From NCBI GenBank assembly GCA_951406725.2, contig OX597816.1:151590001-151654000 (forward strand): DNA of 64,000 nucleotides. The letters run 5' to 3'. A program made the position numbers and the translations under genes. Below the pieces are notes generated by a model, which saw only the letters and a program-made list of their open reading frames with translations, did no database searches and was not told where the DNA came from. The stretch is from Octopus vulgaris. Lineage: Eukaryota. Positions within the stretch are counted from its first letter, which is position 1, and every line of letters begins with the position of its first letter. Shown here piece after piece: positions 1 to 12,604 of this stretch.

Positions 1-167
1 TCGAGATACTAGAAGGCATCAACTCAACTCAGTATCAGAGCGAGCTAAAAGCCGTTACCAGTAACACAAAATTCAAAGTGTGAATGAAAGTTTGTGTCAC
101 CAGCCCCTTCCCACCCGCGTGTAGCCAAGACAAGATGCTGCGGTCATTTACTGGGATGAAATATGGT

Positions 168-380
168 TATCAGTAACAATATAGGGTGAAATTAATTAAT
201 TTGGAATAATTATTAATTACACCAAGTAGATTTCGGCATGTAAGGTGAGGCAATTCGTTGCTAAACCCTTAATTGCTTAGTATTACTTAAATTTTCCTCG
301 AATGAGGCTTTTACATGCCGAAATCTACTTGGTGTAATTAATAATTATACCAAATTAATTAATTTCACCCTATATTGTTA

Positions 381-386
<6 letters not shown>
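168..386. mobile_element. Fold-back micro-element (76-bp inverted arms) abutting (TA)n; probable Penelope-like terminal relic
   Basis: 168-243 is the reverse complement of 311-386 (1 mismatch), with a 67-bp spacer. It runs directly into (TA)n at 384-470. Confidence 0.65.
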
Positions 387-468
<82 letters not shown>

Positions 469-480
469 CATATACATATA

Positions 481-700
481 TTTGTTTTGTGTGCTTGTGT
501 CTATGTTTGTCACCTCACAATCGCTTGACAACCGATGTTGGTGTGTTTACGTCCCCATAGCCTAGCGGTTCGGCAAAAGAGACCGATAGATTAAGTACTA
601 GGCTTACAAAGAATAAATCCTGAGGCCGATTTGTTCGGCTAAATGTGGTGCTCCAGCATGGCCGCAGTCAAATGACTGAAACATGTAAAAGAGTAAAAGA

Positions 701-703
<3 letters not shown>
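481..703 (+). mobile_element. SINE family A, 3' half
   Basis: Matches the other copies (cgcttgacaaccgatg...cggttcggcaaaagagaccgatag...ggccgcagtcaaatgactgaaac) and ends in the gtaaaaga-repeat tail. Confidence 0.85.
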
Positions 704-741
<38 letters not shown>

Positions 742-1479
742 GTATAGTAAAGAATGGAGCTGATAATAAGATAATTCATTTATCTACTTCAATATATATA
801 TATATATATATATATAAACGAATTGTTTACAGGCCATCGCCATTGTTGTGGATCTACAATATCACTGAAAGGGGTATCAGGTTATTAGATACTTTGATTT
901 TTATCTAAAACTTGTAAATTCATTGTTTAAATGTAATTCGTAATAATCTTGTTCTCTACTCTGATGTGTTTTCACGGAAAATTGACAATATCCGCCATCA
1001 CTTAACTTTTTAATTTCTGTCGGTTATTATACTTGAGAATATAAGAGGCTCATCTTAATCCTAACTTTAAGTGTAACTCTGACACCATAACTGTTTGTGT
1101 ATTAAAAGACATCTTTAAAACATCCATGTAACTAAGTTATAATAAAATCCTAAGTGGTTTTCATTTTCTTTCTAAGTGTCGAAGGGTAACTTAATGGCTG
1201 TGCTAGGGAAATAGGGGATAGAACAGCAAAGATATAATAATGGTGTCAAATTTTGGTACAAGGCCAGCAGTTATAGGATATTGAATAAGTTTATTACATC
1301 GGCCCCAGTGCTCAACTGGTACTTCTTTAACTGTATCAATAACATTGGAATGAAATTTGGTGAGTCTAAATGTACATTGCCCTCTCCTAAAAATCTAAAA
1401 AATGAACGGCAAAAGAAAGAGATCTGTAATTCTCTTGCCCGAGTTTGACAATGAAATCAGCAACATAATTAGAAGACTA

Positions 1480-2280
1480 AAGAGCATTGGTAAAATCTAT
1501 CTATGAGAAGATATAAAAAATGGACCACTGATAGTACATGGTACTTGGAACGAAAAACATAAACCATTGAAGGGATTGATGATATCAAAATTTTATCATG
1601 AAGTACCGACAAATTTATGACATCTCACTTCGAAGGCTACCTCCATGCAATTCAAGAACAAAAGACCCCCGCCCCCACCAAATATCTACAACATAAAAGG
1701 CAGAAAACATTGACACAAATGTAGGCTGGGCAAGGCCAAGACTGAAAACATCAACCAGATTATTGACAACTGTAAGAGAAAGTATTCCAGATATTATCTT
1801 CCCATGAAGTATGATGAGGTGGCCAAAACAATCTGGATCAGGAGAACAAAAAAGAAAACACCTACAGACGAAGCTGACTATATTGAGACCGATGAGTCAA
1901 AAGTATATTAGTAGAATTTAAAAATTAAAACCACCAAGTTAAAACACAACTGGCCAGATATTGTTGTGTGTGACCACAAGGAAAATATATGTTCTATTGT
2001 GGAAATCGGCTGTCCTCTGGACATCAGTGTGGATAGAAAAACAGAAGAGAAAGAGGACATCTATGAATCATTGACAAGGAGTTTGAAAACCCAGTACCCA
2101 AGATATATTTTCAGCTTTGTACCCAACACACGAAGCAAGATACATACCAACTCATCTGGAGAAAAGTATGGCTGAACTTGGGACTTCCGGAGAAAACACA
2201 AATCTTTAATCCATACACTACAAATGATCACGGGTCAATAAAAATCTGCAAACCTTCTTAAGATATAAAGGGTGATGAGA
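1480..2280 (+). pseudogene. Decayed non-LTR retrotransposon (R2/R4/NeSL-type) C-terminal zinc knuckle and restriction-like endonuclease
   Basis: Frameshifted translation includes EGYLHAIQEQ and KHNWPDIVVCDHKENICSIVEIGCPLD...KEDIY, the PD..D/E REL motif. Confidence 0.75.
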
Positions 2281-2364
2281 AAAATAAGATGCTTTCCTTC
2301 ACAACCTTGCTACCAAGCAGGCGACCGGTCAAAATTTATTTCAGATTAAAAAGCTAAAGAGAAC

Positions 2365-2559
2365 ATGCATACATACATACATACATACATACATACATAC
2401 ATGCATACGTACATACATACATACATACATACATACATACATGCATACGTACATACATACATTCATACATACATACACACACACACATACATATACACAC
2501 TTACCCATCCATCCATCCATCCATCCATCCATCCATCCATCCATCCATCCATCCATCCA

Positions 2560-2595
<36 letters not shown>

Positions 2596-2612
2596 TCTCT
2601 CTAAATATATAT
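2365..2612. repeat. Compound microsatellite (TACA)n-(CCAT)n-(CT)n
   Basis: Direct inspection. Confidence 0.95.
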
Positions 2613-2613
2613 A

Positions 2614-2845
2614 TATTTCTTTACTACCCACAAGGGGCTAAACATAGAGGGGACAAACAAGGACAGACAAAGGGAGTAAGTCGATTACATCGACCCCAGT
2701 GCGAAACTGATACTTTATTTATCGACCCCGAAAGGATGAAAGGTAAAGTCGACCTCGGCGGAATTTGAACCCAGAACGTAACGACAGACGAAAAACCGCA
2801 AAGCATTTCGCCCGGCGCGCTAACGTTTCTGCCAGCTCGCCGCCC
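2614..2845 (-). mobile_element. SINE family B (tRNA-derived head, Nin/Deu-like central domain), full length
   Basis: Minus strand reads ggcggcgagctggcagaaacgttagc...gggttcaaattccgccgaggtcgac...tttcatcctttcggggtcgataaataaagta; very similar to 54636-54858. Confidence 0.85.
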
Positions 2846-2879
2846 TCTAAATATATATATAGCATATATATATATGGAT

Positions 2880-3100
2880 CTGTGCCCGAAGGAATTGTGT
2901 CAGCTGTGACTGTACAGGCCCACATGGGAGTGGCAGTCAAGCATACAGCGATTATATTTGAAAGAGCTTTCTGCCGGAGCTACTGGTTTTTCTTTCCGTC
3001 GAGTGCACTTTTCTTTGATGGTGAGTTCTTGTTTTTCTTCCTTTCGCAGTATTTGTCTCCAGTTGGACGATCGTGTGCGACCTCCTCCCATTTCTTGTGA
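2880..3100 (-). pseudogene. RTE-clade LINE 3' end
   Basis: Translation RSSNWRQILR...CTRRKEK...RCMLDCHSHVGLYSH matches the RTE C-terminal zinc finger. Confidence 0.7.
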
Positions 3101-3267
3101 ATTCACAACAAGAATTCACAACTACTTCGAATACACAACTGTAAAAGAGAGAGAGAGAGGGGGAGGGAGAAACAAGGAAAATGCTCCTTGTATTTGAATG
3201 CTATGAAAATATTTTTTAAAAAACTTTTCATTTAATTTTCCCACAATATAATTGTTTTCCATACTTC

Positions 3268-3303
3268 GTGTTGAAAAAGTCTCAATGACTGAAACCGGTA
3301 CTA
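3268..3303 (+). ncRNA. Candidate minimal hammerhead ribozyme with U3-A8 core; stem I weak
   Basis: TTGAAAA-agtc-tcaat-gact-GAAA-CCGG-TA: 4-bp stem II and palindromic stem III (ACCGGT). Confidence 0.4.
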
Positions 3304-3357
3304 AAATGTTTTTCAGGATAAAATTATTTTAGCATTTTCTGCCTTGACTTATTTTCC

Positions 3358-3426
<69 letters not shown>

Positions 3427-3698
3427 TGTGTGTGTGTATGTGTGTGTGTATGCATGCACTTCTATGACAAAGCTAACTGAAACGAAACTTCGAAGTCACT
3501 CTCAACTTATCTTGCAAAAATAAATGTGATACTCTATTTAAATATAGAGTGATTGTACAATTAATACCTAATTGTTCTTATATATAACTGTTCATAAGAA
3601 CAAGTATACATGCACACATATATATACATGCAAACATACATTCAGTCATACATATATGACCGAGCCAGTATATATACACGTACATATATATACGTATA

Positions 3699-3820
3699 GG
3701 CGCAGGCGTGGCTGTATGGTTCTGGGTTCAGTCCCACTATGTGACACCTTGGGCAAGTGTCTTCTATTAAAGCCTTGTGAGTGCATTTGGTAGATGGAAA
3801 CTGAAAGAAGCCTGTCGTAT
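3699..3820 (+). mobile_element. SINE family A, 5' half (tRNA-derived head)
   Basis: ggcgcaggcgtggctg...gggttcagtcccact...ccttgggcaagtgtcttct...ggaaactgaaagaagcc. Confidence 0.8.
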
Positions 3821-3822
3821 AT

Positions 3823-4180
3823 ACTCTTACTCTTGCACCGCCTTCAGTCGAGCAAATCGACCCCAGGACTTATTCTTTGTAAGCCTAGTACTTATTCTAT
3901 CGGTCTCTTTTGCCGAACCGCTAAGTTACGGGGACGTAAACACACCAGCATCGGTTGTCAAGCGATGTTGGGGGACAAACACAGACACACAAACATATAT
4001 ACACACACACACATATATATACATATATACGACAGTCTTCTTTCAGTTTCCGTCTACCAAATCCACTCACAAGGCTTTGGTCGGCCCGAGGCTATAGTAG
4101 ACGACACTTGCCCAAGGTGCCACGCAGTGGCACTGAACCCGGAACCATGTGGTTGGTAAGCAAGCTAAGCTACTCCTACG

Positions 4181-4182
<2 letters not shown>
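3823..4182 (-). mobile_element. SINE family A, near full length
   Basis: Reverse complement of the family consensus seen at 40160-40522; internal (TG/TA)n. Confidence 0.9.
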
Positions 4183-4246
<64 letters not shown>

Positions 4247-4251
4247 TATAT

Positions 4252-5092
4252 GGGTACAGGATGTCACAAACCGTAAATAACATGAAATACGAAAACAACA
4301 GAGTTGAATACATAAACAACGGGAGAAACAAAGGGAAAACAGGACATAAAGAACGATCCTTCATCAGTTGTCGGCTGTCCATCTACTCCTCATTTCGAGC
4401 ATTGAACAGCAATATAAGTCTTCGAAAGGCAGTTGCTTCCGCAAACGGAAATAAAGTTTGGGATTTGCGGAAAGTCAAAGTTGGTATCAAAAACAGGACA
4501 GTGGAAACATACAAGGAAACCGAACGAAAACAAACATGGAGGGTCGTTAGACCAGACGATGGTAAAATAGTGGAAGCTGCAGAAATATTCTCTTTGACAA
4601 GAAGAAATATAGAAGAGGGAGACAGATGGGATACGTGCAGTCTCTACGACAACCGTGAAGGAAAAGAAGGATCATCACGTGAGGAAAAGAAAGATGGATG
4701 ATGGTCACGTGTAATCAACGAGAGAAAAAATGAAAGGAGAAAGAGGGAAGGAGAGAGAGAGAGAGACAAAAAATGGTGAAGGGGAGAAAAAAAGAACTAG
4801 AGAAAGCGATAGGGGGCGAGAGAGAACAGTAAAGGATAGAGTTGCATCAAAAATATTAAGATAAACTTGCCTGGAAATGGATGCGCGGCGTTCAATCAAA
4901 TAATAATATAAATAATAGATATACATACATATATGTATATGTACACGCATGCACACACACATATGTATATATGCATATATGAGTACAGAACTCACAAACC
5001 GTAAACATGAAACGCGAAAACAAGAGTTGAATACATAACGAGAGAAACGAAGGGAAAACAGGAAAAGTAACATAAAGAACGATCCTTCATCA
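4252..5092 (-). mobile_element. Repeat with a duplicated ~115-bp terminal segment (4252-4368 ~ 4983-5092); possible Penelope-like terminal repeat
   Basis: tcacaaaccgtaaa...gagttgaatacata...gggaaaacagga...cataaagaacgatccttcatca occurs twice, each copy just downstream of a TA-rich microsatellite. Confidence 0.45.
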
Positions 5093-5219
5093 TCATCATA
5101 TATATACATACAGATATACACACATATATACATTATGTACATATATATAATTTTACATCATAAATTCTCTTTGTCTATCTTGCTCCCCTCTCTTTCTCTG
5201 TCCATCTGTCTTTCTTTAT

Positions 5220-5826
<607 letters not shown>

Positions 5827-5829
5827 CCT

Positions 5830-5864
<35 letters not shown>

Positions 5865-5867
<3 letters not shown>

Positions 5868-6059
5868 TTACTTCAAATATAGGATAACTTTTTTTTTTAA
5901 ATTTCATCAAAGTGGCCAGCATATTAAAAATACCTTAAAAGGTGAAAATTATAAACAATTATAAACAAGGGCAAAAGAAAAGAGATTTCTATGCCAATAT
6001 TTAAAGTCTATTCTCAGCATATTGGTATAGAAATCTTTCTTCTTTAGCCCTTGTTTATA

Positions 6060-6064
<5 letters not shown>
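5865..6064. mobile_element. Fold-back micro-element inside (TA)n (about 45-bp imperfect arms)
   Basis: 5955-6000 is approximately the reverse complement of 6019-6064; flanked by (TA)n on both sides. Confidence 0.6.
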
Positions 6065-6117
<53 letters not shown>

Positions 6118-7074
6118 ATATATCACAAATTTAAGTTACATGTAGTTTCGTCAGACAGCGTATTATATTAGCTTGCTAATTCAGCTACGACCTCCTCCCA
6201 CCTTTACTCTACTATGCCTTCCTCTGTACCCATCTCACGTCACCCCCATCTCTTTCAGAGCGTCTTTACTCGCCCGTATGAGCAGATGGCCCATCCCTCT
6301 ATTTCATCCTTATATGTTAAAACTTTGCTTAAAATGATTTGCTAAACGGATTAAGTTATAAGTAACTGTATAAGAGGTGTATGGCGAGAAAACTCTTAGA
6401 ATTCGTTACGTTTTATCTCTCCGCCCCTATTGCTTTCTATCCCTCAAAAGTATTATTCTAAGAATATATGCGACAGTTGCACTTTTGTAGGATATTGCCC
6501 TTTATCAGAAGGTGTTTCAATCGTTGTTAACGTACCGCCTTATTTGTTAAAACATGTGCATTACTATATGTAGACATGCCAATGGCTTTGGTTTCAGGTT
6601 CGGTAGCATTGCACGACACCTTGGGTAAATGTCATCATCTACTGCTTCGATTTCTTGATGAAAACATTTGTAAATGAAATTTGGTAGACGGAAAGTGTGC
6701 GGCGGTTCAACGACTATTGTCTGATAACCTCTGGAAGAAGTAAAAGCGGACGGTCACATAACTTTGTGTTACGACTAAAAATAATGATGTTTCTGCTAAT
6801 TAACAATCCGTAAACACAGATCCATGTGGCCGCCAACTTTTGCGTCTTTCAAACGAAATCACGCCTGCTAAAGTGTTCTCTCGGGATGAAGAGGCTTAAC
6901 AATTATCAGTGACACTGGCCTTAACGAATCAGTCTGGCATAGAGCGTAACAAAGTGCAATCAGTCGGAAGCGCTTTTGCACAGTTTAAGTCCACGTACAA
7001 GCCAGGGGTCGAGCCGACGTAGAAGTAAAAACTACTCAAGATTGCGAAGCGAACTAATTCAACCTTTTCAATCA

Positions 7075-7259
7075 TGTATATGTACACGCGCACGCACGCA
7101 CACACATACAAACACACACGCACGTACACAGAAACACACACAAACACATACACATACGTATATATATATATATATATACATACATACATACATACATACA
7201 TACATACATACAACATACATACATACATACATACATACATACATACATACATACATACA

Positions 7260-7291
<32 letters not shown>

Positions 7292-7308
7292 CATACATAC
7301 ATACATAC
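7075..7308. repeat. (CA)n/(TACA)n microsatellite
   Basis: Direct inspection. Confidence 0.95.
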
Positions 7309-7735
7309 AACAGTTGGAATCGGGTGTTAATTAATAATTAGAGAAACTTTAGAAAAGTAACTACCGACATGTTAGAGTCAAGCAATTCATTAAAAAAATT
7401 AACATTTGGTTTAAATAACACTCAGAGGGAACACCGTGAAACTAATGACTTATTAGCAGACAGCTTAAATAAGCATTTTGTGGTCTAATTAGTCAAGATC
7501 GTTGAAAGAATTAATGTTAAGAAGGGAAGTCAACTCTGCGTCATTACACATTTTATAGACTTCCTTAACAACTTAGTCTTTTAATTTGAAATAAAGTCGT
7601 TTCGTTAATTCATAAATTGAATTCAAATGTAATTACATAGTATAAATGCTGCTATTACATATTAAATTATCCTCATACATTTGCAACCTAACAAGTGCAG
7701 CCTGTATACTTCACCCTGTATCCTAGATATAGTAG

Positions 7736-7890
7736 TCAAATCTGTTTCAAATCACATATGCCATCTCGACTAAAAGAAGGATTGAGTGAATATGTAATCC
7801 CAGATCCTTTGTTTGAAAAATAGACGGCTTGATTTCGATTGATCATAGGTCTGCTGGATCTGTGCCAACCTGGGGTTAAATAACAACAAT
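7736..7890 (+). mobile_element. SINE family D 3' part with (CAA)n tail, degraded
   Basis: gatcataggtctgct...acctggggttaaataacaacaa; related copies at 20575-20645, 41560-41790, 47238-47415 and 47760-47930 (-). Confidence 0.55.
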
Positions 7891-9456
7891 ATACATTTGT
7901 CAGAAGAACATGCATCTTCTGCATCCTAAACCCAGACATAATTGGGTCTCTCAAATGTAATACAGTGAATTATAAGTGTTCAACTAACTGTGATTGCCCC
8001 TGGATTTAGTTGACAAAATCTGCCACCAGGAATGTTTAAGATCTAAAAGCAAAATGAAATAACTACAATATAATCAATTAGCTGAAATTTTGGAAAATAT
8101 AAGAAAATACTGGTTAGGCGTAGTGTTGGCTATGAAACAAAATGGTCAAAGCACCTTAGCGAAGCATTGTTATACACAGTTGGTAAGTCTAAGAGTGTTA
8201 AAAATATATATAAAGAGACTATTGTGACGCTGATTAGGAATACAGTTAGCCCTCAGTTATCCAAACGAAACGTGAGGAAAATATTTTGTTTGAATAAATT
8301 ATTGTATCGAAAAAAAAAAGAAAGAAGTAAAGGAATCCATGATGGAAATGTGGTGGGAACGCAAAGGTACAGCGTTCTATTTTTCAGCTATGGAGAGGGT
8401 TGGCTTATTGTGCCTAATCTCACCTTCCCAACCTTAGCATCATGAACTTTATCGTACTTATGGTGCCTATCAGTAATTTCCAACACTGAGCATTACGTAA
8501 AAAACAGATATTTCCAGAGTTTTCATGTTATTCAATCAATAAAATGCGTGCAAACAATGAATATTGCTCGTAATTCTTGATATTCTACTAATAAAAGAAC
8601 GTTAAGTAACAAAAATATGGCGCTCAAAAGATGAGGAAACGTTACCAAATTACAAGAAAAAAAAAAGAAGTCCACAGATTTATTATATAGATAAAATTTA
8701 TTGAGGTAGAATTTGGTTACATTTTGAGAAGAAAATATCCAGTCATTATAGACTGACGTGCTTGTGCTCCTTTGTTTTTGTCATCGGTAACATTTACACT
8801 CATGCATCAACTTAACGGCACTAACTTTGTCTCGTGCTTCCATATTCCAGTAGCTTTCTTCATGAGATCAGAGGAAGTCTCAATATCTGAGTTTCATCAT
8901 CACTCAAAACATCTCTACTTTCCTACTGTTTCTCTGTGACAATGTTGATAATCTGTCCATTGCTGAGTGTCTCTTCCGTTGTCGTTATCATGGCTTACAC
9001 AAACATCAACTTCAGTTTCCAGAAACCTCATAATTCTGGTTATGTGTAGTTCTCAGTGGCTTTAATGACGAATGTCCTCTTCACTATCACAGTTCCAAAA
9101 ACTCAAGTCATTGTACCGACACCATGTGACTGTCGATTGTTTAATGGGGTCGATTGTTTGATAAATAAAAGATCCTTGATTATGAATCATTTAATAATAA
9201 CTGATAACACATATTTGGTTTACTGCGTATGTCTATCAGTATTTTTCTTTTGGCGATGAGTTTTAAAATGATCTTTGTTTCCACCTATCTTCGATATTTT
9301 CGGAAATAATTTAAGTTTTGTATGTCATCTTTATATAGCGCAATCTTCAAACAGGCATAGGTGTTGGCTTTATTTTTATCCCTGCATTGAAAGAAAAATT
9401 AACTCACTTAATGTTTAATTTACTCAAACATTTTCTTGTCTACATTTCCATTGTGT

Positions 9457-9720
9457 GGGCGCAATGGTCCAGTGGTTAGGGCAGCGAACTCGCGGTCGGA
9501 GGATCGCGGTTTCGATTCCCAGACCTGGCGTTGTGTGTGTTTATTGAGCGAAAACACCCAAAAGCTCCACGAAGCTCCAGCAGGGGATAGTGGCGACCCC
9601 TGTTGTACTCTTTCGCCATGACTTTCTCTCACTCTCTCTTCCTGTTTCTTGAGTAACGCTGCGATGGACGGGCGCCCCGTCCAGCTGGGGGGAACACATA
9701 CGCCACAGAAACCGGGTAAC
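9457..9720 (+). mobile_element. SINE family C (tRNA-derived), near full length
   Basis: A-box tggtccagtgg and B-box ggtttcgattcc; tail gaacacatacgccacagaaaccggg is shared with 51179-51335. Confidence 0.8.
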
Positions 9721-9884
9721 GTTTTACATTTCCATTAATGTTGAAGTTACCTGTAACTCACTAATAATTTACAACCTTGTAACTTAATATTAATTTTTCC
9801 AAATAAAATTACTTAACAAATAATTGGTAATATAAGAATGTTAATGTTTGCTTAAACTTTTCCAAATAAATAAATTCAAGATAC

Positions 9885-10110
9885 TTAAAGATTAAATTCA
9901 AAGTGCTTTGAGGATTGCATTTTTCTTTTATGCACCTTTTCTAACCAGAAACCATATAATAGTCTCCTATCCAATGTCACAGAGGCCTTGGAACCTTTAT
10001 CCAGAGGTGCAATATTTTGGTGAAATCTTTCGCAGTTCTCCTCACTGATGTCACTTAAATTTTCACGGGAAAAATCAAGATGCGAATGTAATAAGTATAA
10101 TTTTAAAGGT
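9885..10110 (-). pseudogene. DNA-transposon transposase C-terminal relic (Chapaev3/CMC-like)
   Basis: LKLYLLHSHLDFSRENLSDISEENCERFHQNI resembles the K.H.LHSHLDFF..N.G..SDE.GERFHQDI motif. Confidence 0.6.
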
Positions 10111-11399
10111 ATATAGTGAGGAATTTTGTGACTCCTTGGAAATCCATGAACCACACCACAAAATGTACACCTTTCGACTTTACTTTTTACCTTTCAAGTT
10201 TTTCGGACTTGCATTTACTTGCAGTCCAACAAATATAGTACCTTTGATTTTGGTATCAGAGAGTTTCGAAAACATAAGTCGATTTTCTTATGAAGCTTTT
10301 CGAAATTTTTAGATCTTTACAAAATATTTTACCAATTACAATTTTATGATATAAAGTGGGAATAACAAAACAACACGCGCGCGCGCACACACACATATCT
10401 AGATTGAAAACCAGTCATAAGAGTAAGTTTCTTGAAATCGTTGCACCACACATCTACTTCTATAGTCAATATTGTCAAATAGCAGTTTAACATTTTTGTA
10501 GTCTTTAATTTGCTGCAAATGTGTAGCAGATAGAGATAGATATCGGTGTCTATTTGGGAAAAAAACTACTTTGTGGCTTCAAATTGAGCTTCATATAGAC
10601 AGTCTCAACCCCAAGGGGTATCCCTTCTCTCCAAAAGTAATAAACAAACCAATCACACTTTTGCAGTAGCACATATCTCCATTAACATCAAAGTAAATTG
10701 CAAATCGTGCATACCTTTCCCTGCACACTAAAGTCCTGCAGTCTCTCCCAATTAAATTTCATTTTACTTTTTATCATGATTGTTAAATGCTCAGTTTTTG
10801 ACTCAGTGAGACGCAAGCTTGCAGAAATAGCAATCACTTTGGTGGTTCTTCGATTCACTCCATATTCTAACAACAGCCAATATATATAGCTTTTCTTACA
10901 CCTCTTATTCCTTTTAGAGAACATCAGTAGCTTCATCATGCTATATAAGAGGGCCAGGGCCTGACTTAATTATCATCAAATATTCCAAAGTACAGAATTT
11001 AGTACTTTTCAAAATTTTATGTGATGTCTACTAGTCCCAACATATTATTCACGAATGTATCTGGCAGACTTTTGTATTCACAACTTGCAATATTCTACAA
11101 GGTTAAGATTCACAACGCTAAAAACAATCTGAAAACGGGAAAATACGACTGTAAATATGAAGGTGGTGAATGTCTATTTGCGGCAATGTAAGGAACTGTC
11201 GAACAACAGCGGGTAGAGGGAAATAAATAGCATTTTGAAATCGGTGCCTTAAGTTTAGTACTAGACTGAAAAAATTCACGGTGAGCAAAAATTTTTACAT
11301 TTGTTACGTAGTGTAAGCTGATGCAATCCTTTGTTTGCAGTGTCTTCATGCACGATAGTACTAACCCGATACTGCAATAATATACTTCTTTGCTGTCAT

Positions 11400-11950
11400 G
11401 ATGATTCATCTTTTGGCTGTCGCACTGAAATGGTGTTTGGTAGTAAAAACCAAATATTTGACAGCTCTGTCTGGCTGCTTTTCAAACTGTCTGACCTCTC
11501 ATTATCAACAAAGTGAAGGAATGTTGCATTTGTCCAACATTTACTAAATGTTATAAGAAGGTAAGTAAAAATTCTTTCGGAAGATGAGAAAAGAGTATAC
11601 GTCATCGATACACTGTTTTGAGATTTTTTGCTTCACGGGAAACAATGTAATGTATATTAGCATAATATATTCTGATTCAAACAAGCTGTGATTTATGAGT
11701 GCTATTGACATTACTACAAGGAAAAAATCGTAAAACAATCTATCGATCCTTTATGTCTCAATACCTTCTTTTCTTCTATGGTCACAATTCATGTGCCCGG
11801 CCATATACATCAAAACAGTTCACTACCATCAGAATTGCGCCGGTGTTTAAGTCCATGATTTTCTTCACAGATGATGGATTGTGGTTTCTGTCTAAAATCT
11901 TCAATGATGCTCTCGTATTTCCATGCTACTCTCACACATAGGTGTCTAAA
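11400..11950 (-). pseudogene. Heavily decayed piggyBac-like transposase fragment
   Basis: Fragments FFLVVMSIALINH, IDDVYSFLIFRKNF and FLHFVDNE occur in the order expected for the piggyBac N-terminal/core region. Confidence 0.45.
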
Positions 11951-12604
11951 GCATTGAAAATTTTTGAAATGCAGATGATACGCTGTGATCAGACTTTTGT
12001 TGTGCTTCACTGGCGTGGATTCGTTCTTGGCAACTAGTAGCTTTATGTTGTAACATCAAGCCAGAGACTAAAGTCCCCTTTTCATGCTGCTGCGAAAACT
12101 TCCATATGAAGTGCCATTTTGCTTGTTGATTTTCTCACTCGCTGGTCTTGCTTTCTTGATATTAGACACTGCTGCTTTTTCGATGTTGTAGGCTTGTGTA
12201 GATTTTTTTATGCCTTTTCCCCACAATCCAAACGCTGTGATATCTCGTTTTACTCTTCAATTATCAATGGAATCCGCTTCCTTTTCACATACAAGCATGC
12301 AGCAACAGTTGCGATTACTTGGAATAAAGTCGTAGAATGAAGACATGGCTGATTTTGGTAAGCTTTAAAATTCAACAGTATGTAGTTTGTTAAAATGTTA
12401 AAATGATTTTGCTGTTTCAAATGAACAACTTGACACGTAACAGTAACACCTCTCTTGTGAAACGTTTTTACATATTTTTCAGTCAATCGAATATTAAATA
12501 AAAGATGGATAAGTAGCACCAGTATTATTCTTGAGCTCGCGTTTAACTAAGTATGGCTAATTAAATATTCAGAAGACCTACAGGTCTTGGTGGTTATCTA
12601 CTCC

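Noticed and set aside
4340-4370. CTGATGA on the minus strand as a hammerhead core
   Set aside because: No GAAA follows the potential stem II.
3955-4701. Longest ORF (248 aa)
   Set aside because: It runs through a SINE, a (TA)n tract and a purine-rich repeat; no recognisable domain.
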